DNA of 64,000 nt, from NCBI GenBank assembly GCA_046563655.1, contig CM102284.1, forward strand, positions 7,316,001 to 7,380,000, in the 5' to 3' direction. Position numbers and translations under genes: made by a program. Below, piece by piece: positions 43,244 to 56,700 of this stretch. The notes under the pieces are model-generated. The model saw only the letters and a program-made list of their open reading frames with translations. It made no database searches and had not been told where the DNA came from. This DNA is from Yuukianura sp. NJ FZ-2021 (lineage: Eukaryota). Each line of letters starts with the position of its first letter. Position 1 is the stretch's first letter.

Positions 43244-43482
43244 TTTTTCAAAAAATCTTAGAAACTTCAGAACTTGTCACAACGTTCCTGACTTTTTTTT
43301 CCCAAAACAAATGAATAGGCACAGGATACAGGAAGATAATTTCGTAGTTTGAAAAATTCAATTTGTAAAATTCGAAATCGGATTCAACAATTATGCGGCT
43401 GGGACGTAGAAGGGCGACTTTCGTGTTTACTCCAATATTTTTCCGTCGCCTTAGCGATTTTTAGAAAAATTCAGCACTTTAA

Positions 43483-44772
43483 GGCCTGTTCACACCTTGC
43501 CTTTGTGTACTCCGATTTTTCGTCGCCGGGTTTTGTTTTTATTTTTTTTCTTTAATGTGCGTACTGAATTTTAACGCGCATTCTTTGCGATATCGGAAGA
43601 AGCAAAATTTCGCGGATAGATATGCGGATACCTAATAACGCGTGACAACCTCCCTCCAGCGGATAGCGTAATCACACGTGAAAATCTCCTTCCCGAAACC
43701 GCCCCACGACAGAAAGCGCAGATATGATTCACGTGTAAAAATTACAACAGAATCACACACGAATCTCGCAGTTGGTAATGCACAAAAGAAAAAACTCAGC
43801 TGCAACTAGAGTACGTGGAAAAAAACTCCCATCAGCGAGCATCGCAGTTGCACGCAAAAAAGTTGGCCATAGAGGCGAGTATTCGAGTATAAAATTCTCA
43901 TGCGCAGTTGCCGCCTTGCTAAGTGAAAACAAAATGACAATATAAAATCGCATATTACGTGGACGCAAGCACACAGCTGACACTTTCCGCGTACGATTGC
44001 AATATTTGGCGCTGCATATTTTTCAAGTTGAATTTCTGCTGCGAGTTAGTCGTGCGTCAGTCACCTAATTATAGGTGACTGCTCCCAATAAACATATAAC
44101 ATAGTCGTGCGCTGCTTCATTGAGTTTCTAGCTGCGATATTTACATGCGGTTTCAGCTGCGATTTTGATATGCGGTTATCAGCTTCAATTTTGACGTGCG
44201 CTGTTTAGCTCCGATTTCAGCTGTGAGGCTTAGTAGCGATATTCACGTGCGATTTCAGCTTCAATTTTTACTTGTGATTACAGTTGAGACGTCTATGTGG
44301 CATTTCAGCAACGATTGAACTGTACCACATTATACTACCATTGCATTGTAATTCGTGGGACAAACCAATCCAATTTTGCGCTCGCAGCGAAAGTCGACAG
44401 AAATTAAAAATTTTGACTTATTATTTCAAGATTCCTAGACTTCAAAGAGTAGTAACTTTTCTACATTATTTGATTGAGATAATAATATTAAGCCAATTTT
44501 TTTCAATACGTCTTTAAATACCTCAACCTGCCTCTGGCAGGTGTAAGTTTTTTTAGTTCTGTGTTAAATGAAAATAAACTAACTTAATCTTAAAAAAAAA
44601 AAATATTAAGCCAATAATGGTTTAGATTATATTATTGGTACATTAAGATTATTATCATTATTATTAATCTATTATTATGACATATAATATGATGAACCAA
44701 TTCGCGTGCGCCATCTGCGGTGAATATTATTAGCGCTGAATTGCGCTCATGAGTTTACTGTGTGCACCACCC
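43483..44772. mobile_element. Possible degenerate non-autonomous DNA transposon (or composite) bounded by TTAA
   Basis: TTAA|GGCCTGTTCACAC ... GTGTGCACCACCC|TTAA (9/13 terminal match). CpG-rich interior with degenerate TTTCAGCTGCGA subrepeats at ~44130-44310. Confidence 0.35.
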
Positions 44773-44799
44773 TTAATATTTTGAAATTTTGTCGAAAAT

Positions 44800-47700
44800 C
44801 GCCACGGAAAATCGAAAAAAAGATGTAAACACGAAACTCGCCCTTCTACGTCCCAACTGCACAATTTTTGAAAACAACTGCATTCCGATGTCATGGTAAC
44901 AAAAGTGGAAATCTACAAACTTGAATGTGAATTGCTTTTTCGTAGTTTTCATACCTACTTCTTTTTTTTCGAACGGCGTACAAACTTGTTTGAATCCAAT
45001 TTTGGCAGACAAATTAATTTGCACACAAACTTTAAGTAATTTGTGTGATAATTTCAATAATTTATGAGAAGTTTGTGACAGTATTATTAATTGGGGCTGT
45101 GCTGGAAGTATGCTGGGTAATCATCAGAAATTAAACTGAATTCATTGCAATTAATGAGCGACGTGTTTGAGCATAATTAATTAGAACTAATTTTTCAACT
45201 TTTCACACCTCCGCAATGGACAAGTATAAGCAACGCCTAACTTGGCTGGATTCCTTGGGATAGCTTTGTTAACTTAGGAATTCGCTAGGTTAGGTTTGCA
45301 TTTCGCCCAACTTGGACAGTATTTGCAGAGAAAGTCGTGAAAGCGTGCGAAGTTGACGAGGAAATTGAGTAAAATTGAGTAAATAAAATAATGTTAGAGA
45401 GAGAAAGGCGTCGTGGCTTAACGCGAGAGAGGAGGCTATAAATCAGGAGGAATTAATCAACGTCTTCCACGTCTTTAAGCTCCGGGATGATAAGCTCATT
45501 TGGAGGCTAGGTGAAAGTGTGGTGCTGGATGTTAGGTTATTTTAGGTTAGGTTTCTGTTTTGGCGGCTGATGGTGATGGCAGGAGTTAGTGGAGAGAAAG
45601 CAAAGTCTTTTTCTCCTCAACTTTCGAATCTGTTGGGAATGAAGTGAGCAGAAGAAAGTGTTGTGGTCGTGGTTTCTTAATTCTAATCTTTCCCTGTGTA
45701 TAGGGAAAGGCATTCTTTTTTTCCTTCTCTCCTTGAGCTTCTTCTTTAAAGCCTCCATTTTGAATTCTGGTGGTGAACCCAAATTCAATTCAAGCCGCCA
45801 ATCCTGTAAGGGAAAGCAGCAGATCAAGGCAGGTTTATAAGGAGAAAGTTTTTTGCGAAAAAAAAGTTGGTCGGGTGAAAACAAATTGTGTTTTTACGCT
45901 GTTTTACGTCTAATTTTCACTTGGGGGTTTCTTTTTTTTAACCAATTCGGTTTTTTAAACATATTTCGGACTTACTTTTTAGTTAACACTTGCATTTGAA
46001 GTTATTAATTTTCGAATTGGGTTAACAATGATAAAGTTTTGGGTTTTTCTAGTGATTTAGCATTCTGAAAGGTGAAAGTTCGGAGATGAACGAGCGAATG
46101 AATTGTAGTGAGAGAAAGTGCTAATGGGAAATGGAGAATATCAGAATATATATTTTGAAGTTCCTGGTTTTGTTAGGCTAGGTTTTGGTGTCACTTATTT
46201 TCGGAAAATGGAGATGTGGAAGTTTCCTATTATTTTAGTTTCCTCTGTCTGTCTAATTCCAAATGGATTTGGGTTTCTCTCTCCTGTCACGTTATCCATT
46301 AAACCAGCAGGCTTCGTCGGAGTTCGCATTGAGTTACGTTAAATTTGAGTAGAGTGAGGTGCTGGGTTGTCCTAATTTTGTGCTGGGAAAGTGTAAGTTT
46401 TGTTTGACTTTCCCCGTGGTTATTATTGTTGTGAAATGGAGACGGGAGAGAGACGGAGAGAGTGCGGCGAGATGACAATGGAGAGGCACTTAGCCCCACT
46501 TTCTCAAAGGACATGATCTAAGGCAACAATAAGAAACTCATTAAGACCTTTCCCTTGGTTGAATCTAGAACTTTTAGGCTCCCCCCATCACTTCCAGCTG
46601 TAGTTACTTCCCTCGACTATACTAGGTTAGTCTAAACCTAAGGTTAGTCCAAGGAAAACAAAGGACACAGTTTTTGTAAGAACGGAGGAAAGAAATGTTT
46701 TCATTTGGAGAAAGTAGGCTCCTTGTCTTCGGCTGCTGCTGAATCATAATGGGCTCAATTTGGAACTTACTCTAATGGAAAAGTATATAAGGACTATCCA
46801 TTACGGCAGAAAGAGAAAGCATTACCATCAAAAATATTTCTATTGTTTTTGTATGCTGTAATAACGCAAGATATCTTTTTAGTGTAAGTGGTCAGACCAC
46901 TTTTTCTGCTTTTTGCTTTTTCAATGTTGAAAATTTTGTGAAAAACAAACAGAAAAAAAAACTGTGTGCATGTTTTTTTTTGAAAAAGTTCAAAAAGAGA
47001 AAACCGAGCTGCAAAAGTGACAAGTGAAAGTTGAATTGGCGAATGCAAACTTTTTGAGAAAAATCTTCAGCAGAAAGAAAAGAGAATGCGTGCCAAGTTG
47101 GAGATTTTTTTTTGGTAAATTTTGGCAGTTTTTTTTTTGAAAATTTTCTTGTAATATGTTTTAAATAGAGAACTTATTTTCTCTTTTTGGGTCGCCCCGA
47201 AACTTTAATTTGACCTGGTAAGGCGAACGTTGAAATATTGAACTTTTTTTCCTTTTTAGTATTTTTTTCTCTCCCATCTTTGCTAAACTTTCTCTCTCTT
47301 TTACGATCTCATTCAATAAGTTTAGTCTGGGACGACGAAATTCAAGCTGTTATGTGCTTTTTAGAGTTCCAGTTTCTGTGTCCACAGAAACTGAAATTTT
47401 GGGCATCTTGTTTCTTCAGACGCTGGCAACGTCGTGCCTTGGTTGTAGAGGTTCCAACTCAACTTGTTCAACTGCTAGAAAGTAGTTTCACTCGGAGTGA
47501 GAAGTGGCTCTTGGAAAGTTCCCATAGGCCAAATGCTGTCACCAGTCAAACACCATCAACAACCTTGGAAATTAATTGAATCCAGGCAAGAATGAACCAA
47601 CTACTTAGCCTTTCCCGTTTTATTGAGATGTTCAAATTGAATTTGAAATTGGAAACGCTGAATTCGCTGGAGAAAGTGAGAAATTTCGATCCTCCAAAAT

Positions 47701-50700
47701 ATAGAGTGTCCACGATGACGAGGTCTGATTATCATGTTTTAGGATTGAAGGATTTTGGTTTGAGTTTTTGGGAGTTATTTCAAAATTTTGAAACATGGAA
47801 ATCAAATTTGAGTTTGTTTAAATTTGAAGAAGAGCGGATTATTATAGCGTGGGCAGAGGAAATGCGTGTGATATGAGTCCATGTGTTATGAAAGTTTGAT
47901 AGGCCGCGGGTTATAGTTGGCTCGTCGTGCGACTGCTGCGCCCCGACCTTTCCAAATTTCTCAACGAAAATCGATCATTCTCGCCACCCAGCTCTCCGTA
48001 CAATTCCCAGGCACAAAGAGAAAGAACTTTCTCCACTTATTTTCCATGCTCTTAAGTTCCTGTGTTGAACTAGAATTCTAATGCCGAATTATTAAAAATT
48101 TTAAAATTTATAACGAAACTTTTGTCTTTTTTTCTCAGTTATTCTATGTGGGCAATATGAGAAAAATCAGTTTTGAATAGGATTCACGTCGACAAATTTT
48201 TAAAAAATCAAGATTGCAATGTATAGTTTTGTGTACGTAGTTACAAAAGTGTTTTGGCGTACTGGCCGTACATGAATAAGCAGGGTGTGTTGGTTTTTGG
48301 GTTTTTTTGAAAAAAATCTAAAACCATTGGTTTTTGGTTTAAATCATGGTTTTTTTGGTTTAAACCAAATTCGAAAAATGATGCGGAATTTATGTACAAC
48401 TTAGATCAAAAACAAGAAAACGAAGTTGTCTAACCAAAAATAATTTTAGATAATTTGAAAAACATAAGAATCAGTACTGATTATAGCAAAACACGATAAA
48501 AATGCATTCTTCGTCGTATTCTTTTGTCCGAGTAGGGTAGTACGTTAACCCTATATGGTGTTCTAAGCCGAAACTTCTTCCATCTGAGTCGTTTTCCGTC
48601 GAAATTTCGTCAATCTGAGTCGTTTTCCGCCATTTAATACCATGTGAATTTAAACCGGGTTTTTATTTGAAAAAACCGTTCGGTTTAAATCAGGTTTAAA
48701 CCATGGTTTAAATTATTTGATTTAAACCAAACACACCCTGTGAATAAGTTATTGGTTTATTTTATTTTATTTTATTTTGAAAATTTAAAAAAAATTTCAA
48801 TTTCTCTTCTCTTTGTTGTTGTGCAAGAATTTGAATTGCGAAAAGTTTTACGCCGAAAATTCGTTTCGGAAATGAACTGGGGCTTGGCAGGTTCCGGTTT
48901 AAATGAAGTTGAGTTTCCCTCCGATGCTGGTTTCTTTTTAACATTCGATTTCTATCGAATCTTCGATTGCTTTGTGAAAGTTTGATTACTTTGTAATGTT
49001 CGATTTCTTCCAAATCTTCGGTTACTTTGTTATGATCCATTTCTTTTTAAATGTTCGATTTCTTTGTAGAATTCGACTACTTTGTTAAAGTCGTTTCGGT
49101 TGAAGGTGGTAGTTGATGTTGAAAATCCATTGTTTCGTACAAGGCTCAACTTCCTGGAGAGAGACATCAATTAATTGTTGTTTTTAAATCTGTTGAACTG
49201 TGTAAGGGCTTTGGAGTAGTGATTGTGAATTGAGAGTCACAGTTTGAGGTCTGTAGGAAATGTAAGAGTCCTTGGAGAGAGTGAGCAGAGTCAGATGATA
49301 ATCGACTCGTTGGTGGCTATATGGTGGTGGGTTGGTGGGGCCTAGATGTGGCTCCAAGTGGATCCACCCACCTACTCCTTTCTATACAAAGAACTTATAA
49401 GTAAGGCCTATAGTTCAGACTCCGACAGACTTTCTTTCGGTGTGCCCAACCCAGACGGCCCACTTTCTCCCGCAACTTTCTCTTGCGAGCTTGAAACCCT
49501 TCAGTTCTGCTCCGAGAAGCAGTCGAGTCACAACGCTGCCTTCCGCTGCTACAATTTTGGACTTTGAAGCTTGAACATTCTGCAAAAGTGAACTTTGACA
49601 TAAGACTAAAAATTTGAGTTTGGAATTGTTTACTAAGTGTCTACTTGGAGGAATAAGTGAAAGTGACCAATTTCTTTTGACAGAATTATAATGTAGAAGC
49701 TGTCTTCTCTCCTTGTTATGTACTTTCACTGGCCCTTACGGCTCGTGAATAAGTTATACTCACTTTCCTTTGTGTCCACTTTCAATGTGACAACATGAAT
49801 TCAAGCGAATGATTCTAGCGACGTGCTCTTAGCACGAAGTGCGCAACTTTCAAACATTTCTGTAAGAAAACACACTATTTCTAGTCGTACTATCAAAAAA
49901 ATCGAAGGAGTTGCTATTTTTAGAAAAGAGAAAGTGACAGGAACCAGGTGAGTTTGTTTTTCGAAATTTTCGAGTTGAGCTCCTCAGTGATGTCTTGGAA
50001 TGTTTTCATTGGTTTGATGAAAGTGGCAGTTTTGAATAGGTTTTGAGCTGAATTGCTTTGAATGTGGTTAGGCTAAGTTATTTAAATAAGTTATGTTGTA
50101 ACTCTGTCTAATGTTAGGCTTTTGGTTAGGTTAGGTTTAATTGTGGTTTGAAATGAGATGGTTTTGGATCCAGAAAACCAAGTTTTATTGATCAATTGAG
50201 GATTACTTGTGTTATTTAGATCCTTGTGACTGAACAGTAGTAGTGGTTGGTTAGGCTGAAAATAAAAACAAGGTTGGGAGAGGGACAATGGTGAAAGTGC
50301 TTTCCCTTTGTTACCTTTTGCAGCAACGTCTCCATAAAAATAACCGTAAATCCAAATCACAATCCACTTTCACCAGAAAATTCAATTCGTGTCATAGCAC
50401 TTTCTTTTGCGTTCTCCCGCTCAAGAAAGGCCGTTGACAGGAAGGAATTTCTTTGCTGGCGTTATTTTTTTTGTCGTGCTTGAAGTCTTCTCACTTCTCA
50501 CTTCTTTTTTCACATAAAGATATTCTTCTCTGTCCATAAATTGAAGTCTGTTTAGGAGGGAAAGGATTCAAATCTGGGAGTTTTTGAATTCTTTTTGTAC
50601 AACAAGGAATATACTTAACAGTGTAAGGGAATCCTTGAGTTTAGAGGATTGGAAGGAAACAAATATTTTGTAAGCATTTGAAAGGAAAGGAAACCGCATA

Positions 50701-53700
50701 GAGATTCCCCGGGGACCTTGACACGGGGCCACGACCTCCACTTCTAACCAAAATCCCTTCTTTGATGCTAAGCGAGCATGTAAAGAGTTAGGTAAACTTA
50801 ACCTAACTGGTTAAGGTGTTGGGGACATGTGGTTTAGTGGGTGTGGTTGAGGTTAGGCTAAATAAGGTGAAAGAAAGTCTGAAGACAGGCTGGGTTTTCG
50901 CCTTAACCTAATCAAAAATTAATTTTAGGTTTGGTAGGAAGAGAATTGAACTGGAAACAATTATTAAGGTTGTGGGAGGAGGTAATTTGGCGATTATAAA
51001 AGGTTCCTCGGCTGGGGAAATTATTAAATATAACTTTTTCTCTCTACGGGAGAGAGGTTAGGTTATGTTAGCCTAACGTTTTAGTAAAGCTATTGAAATT
51101 ATGAGGCTTACAAAGTAGGAAAAGAGAAAACTTGAGAAAGTTACTTGCAACTTACCTTAACTTTGTCTTGTGTGTGTGCTCAAATTGTTGTTTTAAGAAG
51201 GAAAGCCGGGGTTATGTTGTGCTAAAGTTATGTTTCTTGGGGAAATGGGATTTAAATTGAGAATAAGCTACTCTAACACAATGGAAATTGAACTGAAAAA
51301 CTACCTTAACGTTAACCTTGAAACTTCAAAACTTAAGCATAACAGAAATTGAAAACGTAATTTTATAACGTTTTTTCTTAAAATTTGGAAAAACACGGGA
51401 GAGTGCATCCAACGAGAAAAACGTAACTTTGCATGAAAATTTATTTTGTAAATTTCATAAAAACTAAATTTTAAACGACGTTTTAACTATTCTAAGATTT
51501 TATTGAAACCCAACGGCCCGAAGTTGCTCGAAAATTGTAATTTTCATAATTTTATGATGTTTTGTATCCAATTTTTGTTTTTCGTTTTTTTGTAAAGAGT
51601 GAGTCACAGTCAGTGAAGGGTGTAAATAATTCATAGTGAACCGCGTCGGACGGTACGGTTGGGACTTTTTAACCTAAAAGCTTTTCACATTCAAAACGAA
51701 ACATAATTGAGCAACTCCCCATCAAATAAATTTTTCAAAAAACTTTTTTTCTGGCTTTCTTTTCCAGTAAAAGTTTTCTTGAGGACTGGCAGTTTCTTTT
51801 TAGATTTTGAGATATTTGTAAAGAGGTAGGCGAACCTTGAAGTTAGGCCTAATCTAACCCAGTTTTTAAATAAACTTGTAATTCTAAAGGGACACGCCCA
51901 AAAACCTTGCAACTTTTAAGCCGCGAAGTTTCCTGGAGTGCTGCAGAATAATCTTATGGGGATTTATTTTTAAATTCAAACTAAAGTTTTCACTAGAAAC
52001 TGAATTCTTGGAAACTGTAAATTTCCACAAACTGTTTTTTCTTCGTCTCTTTGCTTTCGAATGTATTTACAATTCAATTGAATTTCCACTGGTAAGCACA
52101 TTCTGAAAAGTCTTAACAAACTGGCGCTCTCTCTCCGCTCCTACTAGGAATGACAGGATTACCCACTTTAGCCACTTTCTCTTTCTGTAGAGCAGAACTT
52201 GGGTGGAGTCGGTGTTACGAGTTCGAATCCTATTAGAGTTATAGACAAAAAAAAGTTACTACAAAACGAATTCATTTAGGAAATGGAACTTTACGTTTTA
52301 TACTCCTTGACAACTTTCACTTGGATATCGAGTTTCTTCGATTATGTTTATCACAGATCTCCTTTGTTAGGATAACTTTTTGCTTAATTCGTAGTACTTT
52401 TTTATAGTCTAGGACTAAAAGCCTATGGGTTGTCTAAAAGTTATATAGGTTGTGTAAATCTATACGTACTAGTTTATGTTAAAGTTATGCAGGTTAGGTT
52501 TATGTACTAAAAGTCACAGCACAACTTTTTTTTTTGGAAATTGGGTTTCTACTGTTACATAAAAGAGCGAAGCTTTCACTTTAGACGGTGCGCGGTAGAA
52601 AATTTGGGCGGTGATGTTTGAAAAGACGGTGAGATTTGTAGGAATGAGGGACGTTTTTAGCCGTCTCTGTGGGTGAAAGTGATAAAGGAAAGCACGAGAC
52701 AAATGATGTGTGAGCCTGAGTGCTAAAAGGGGGATCATGACAGGGAGCCCTCGGAGACGAAACAAATGGTAATGAGCAGGTTAGGTTATGTTTTGTACTC
52801 GCAGTTTGTATAGAAGCACTTTTATGACCTCTGTGACCTTATTTGACCTCGTTTAGTCGACCTATGTGTCTCGAATGGTGACATTTTACAAAGAGACTAT
52901 AAGAATTGCATGACCTGTTAATTCATTTTTCTCAGCGGGGACCATTTATCTTGTAGAATTAAAGGATTTAAATTATGCAGGAGAAAGGAAGCGTCCACAC
53001 GGTTCCCGCCTTTTGGTTCTCAGGGAATTTTTTAAAAAAGCAACGGGAGTTTTTGAAAAAGTAAAACAAAAAAAGCAATTCCCGGGAGTATAGGTTTCTA
53101 GCCTGACAAGCCGAATTTGAAAAGGTTTGAAATTGATTAGATCTGATTCAATTTTTTGAAAAATAGGAGAAAAAAAAATCATAACGTGGAGATTAATTTC
53201 ATTTGACAGGGAGGGAGCAAAAGGAAGACGAAAGTTGGGAGTAAGGCGTTTGCAAAACTTTTTTCTTGTCAAAATTTTCTGCTCCAAGCACTTTTTTCAA
53301 TTTTTCAAAAAAGGATTTTTTTTTGTGCTGAATGCTGAATAGGAAATCAGTGTCTCGAAGAACCTTTGCCATCTTTCCAGCACCTCCTCCATTTTGTCCA
53401 GCACATCCAGCACTATAGGCTATTACTTTACTATTCATTTTCTACGCCTCATTAGATCCGAATCTAAAACTGAAACGGCTAGAAATGGCCCCGTAGAAAT
53501 CCAAAACCACGGACAATTCTCAATCTCATTTTCTGCTCTGTCGTCTTCGCCTGAGTTCTTAAGGGGGTTGGAGTAGGAGAAAACTTGTTAGGAATTGGAA
53601 ATGTCTAACACGAATGTACGAGATGTGAGAAGAAGAAGATTCGATCTTTGGAATCTCCCTTCCAGAACATCCGTCCTCGTCCTATAGTACAAGAAGGCTG

Positions 53701-56700
53701 TGGGATTGGAAGGCTAACCTCGTGAAAGTTGAGGAAAGTGCGAGAAGTGAGAGCTTTTGCCTAGGGAAAATCAATAAGTTTGAGCCAAAGAGTCCAAAGC
53801 CCGTTTGGTGCTGCAAAGTTTCTATCCCGTGCTTAGGTAAGGCTTGGAATTTTGTCAGGTTGAAACAGAGCTGCCGAGGAACGTGAAAACGACAAAGTTT
53901 TGCTCTCCTGTCTCTCGTCTGTCTGTCCAAAAATTCAAAAGTTAGGAATTGAATTTTATTTGAGTCTCACTCTCAAACTTTGGACTTTCTCTTTTGTCTT
54001 TCTCTTTTTACCTGCTTTAGTTCCAAAGTTCTTGAGGTTTTGGCTTTATTTCGAAGTGACACGACAAACTTTGTGACCCCCTCCTTGTTAGAAATTATGC
54101 TGAGAGTTGAAGTTTTCCAGGAGGAAAATTTGAAAATTCAAACCTGCTTGATATAAGTTTCTGGGCGTGTCGTGTCAGTTTTTGATCAAGTTTGAACTAA
54201 AGGTGTTGTAAAAAAAATGAAAAAGGTCGTTGGTGGTATAACTTGTTTTGTCTAAATTCAATTTCTTATTCCTTACTTCGTTCTGCACTTTAGTGACAAC
54301 TTCATTATTCTTACTTTCACTTTCAATTCCACTTTCCTTGTCACTCTTCTTGTAAGAACTTTTTTGTGACTGGAAAACCAAAATTTCGATTTGATTCGAC
54401 GGGGAACATGGGGAAAATTTTCTTGTTTTTGGACAGAAAAAACTGTCTTGTTTTTACATTTTCCTTTTTGACGAAATAGAATTGGACTTCCATGAAATTG
54501 TAAAAACTGTTTTTGGGACACATTGTGGTGGAGGAGAAAGTTGTTCTTTTTGTTGGCTTTGATTTGACTGGATTTTTGTGGCCAGAAGGCGCGGAAGATT
54601 AAATTTTTAAGAAAAAAAAATTCAACTCTCGGTTGGTTAACTTTCACTTTCAATTCTTTTTCTCGTTTTTTTTTTGACATTTTTCGGCGAGGCCTTTGTT
54701 TCATTATGATAATCGGAAGGCGGAGAGGCCTCAGAGCGAAAACTGATTTTGTTTAAATCAAATCATCAAAGCCAGTGCTACGCTAGCCTTTCTTTTCTTT
54801 TATTTGAATTCCTTTCTCCACAATTTTTTTTAAGACAAGTAGAAGCGTAGTTTCAGTTTTCTGAAAAAAAGATAAAAGCACTACTTTTTTTCAGATGGAA
54901 ATTTCGGATCTTTACTTAAAGTTTAAAGTCAAAGTTGGGGATTTTGGATTCGTCTTTTTTGGTTGACTTTCTCTGAAAAGTCTCCGTGTCTTGAGTCAAG
55001 TTATTTCGGTCTAAAGTGGCTTTGGAGCAATATGGAACCGATTTGCATTTCCATAATCTTCTTGGATGAGAGAGAGGAAGCGGAGAAAGTAAAAAAGTGA
55101 AAGTCGGTTCTAAATCATCATCTCGATGAAATCTTGTCAGGTATCACTTTAAGCCAGTCCAAAAAGGAAGTGGGGAGCTAAAAAAAATTATAAAAATTTG
55201 AAAAAAGAAAAAAAAAGCTAAATTTTGAATTCTAAGCGACATGAACGATAGCGACGTGCGCTGCAAAAAAAAATCCGAGTTTCGATTAATGTGTTCGTGA
55301 TTTGACCAATTTTTGTTTGAAAGTGAAAGGATTTGGTAAGAAACCGTGATTTTTTTTCTTTGAAAAGCGAGATTTCTTGGGTTTTTGATTTCGAAAGAAG
55401 TGATTTTTTCTGGATTTGATTTTGACAAATTGAACCGAGATGGACATTTATCCAAAAGTGGATCTCATCACTTTTATTTCAGAAAAAAATGAAATCTTTT
55501 GTTATAAATTCTCATCGAGAGAAGCTTCTTCTTCTTCTTTTTAAGTACAAAAAACTTCTTTCTCATCAAAAGACTTTCTCTGCGCCTCCATCTTTATTTT
55601 CGCTTTGTTCTTCTTTGGAAGTTTTGAGTTTCAGGGAAATTCAATGCCTGAGCGAGTAGCTGGAAACCGACGGTGTGGTTTTTTGTTTAAATCAAATGCT
55701 TCGTCTCTAATGCTTTTCAACACAAGAGAAAGTAGAAGGCTTGTTCCACTGGGGGGAACAAAGTTCTTTCTTTTTCAAAATCTGAAAAATTTCCATAATA
55801 AAAATTCAGAGCACTTCTTCTTCCTTTTGTGTGGAGCCACAAGGAAACTCCACGAGTTGTCTCATTTTCTTGAAATGAGACCAAAATGTCTCTGGAGATG
55901 CGAAAAAAGGAAGATTCGCCACACACTAGTCCCACTTCTGCGACGACAACGAAGCATTATTACTTTTTTTTAAATTAAAACAAGTCAAGGTAGGTCACGG
56001 TCTTGGTGGCGGTAGACAGTGCTTGTAATTCAAATTACTTTTTGGAAATTGAGAGAAAAAAAAGAGAAACACTTTGAAGAAAATGAGATGAATTCTTTAA
56101 AGTTAGAGTTGCAAAAAAGTTGTCTTGCAAAAAAAAAGTGCTGACAGTAACTTTTTATGCTTTGGTGAAATAGTGGCTTGTATATTAGTGTGGATTTTAA
56201 TGAAAATGTGTTGCACGTTGCTCAATTGATGGCTCTGCGGCGGCAGTATGAGGATATTTTTTGTAGATGTCAAAGGTCACGGGGGTTGAAGGTCAGCTTT
56301 TGGAACAAAATAGACTAACTGCTTCATTTCGTTATCTGGAGGGTTCAATGTTCAATGGCTGTTGGAGTAAAACCGATTCAAGTCATGTAGTGTCTTGTGA
56401 GATTAGTGGAGGAAAGTAGGAAATGAAAAAAATTGTGTCACGGTGCCATTTGATTTGTGCTGACGTAATCTCGCACCCACTTGTCTCAAGTGGTTTCTCA
56501 AGTGGACACCTCTCTCTTTTTGCGTAATTCACTAAATCCAAGGTGAGATTTACTAATCAGCACATTCTCAAGATTTCCCTCTCTTTTTCGAAAAAAAAAT
56601 ATAGTAGTAAAACTGATTTTTGACAAACATAGGAAGAGAAAACCTAGGGAAACTCAAAAACTTTCACGCCAAGATTTGTTTTGGTTTTCTTTAATAGGTT

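Noticed and set aside
52180-52240. tRNA-like motifs GTAGAGCA and GTTCGAATCC
   Set aside because: T-stem and acceptor stem do not pair; no cloverleaf.
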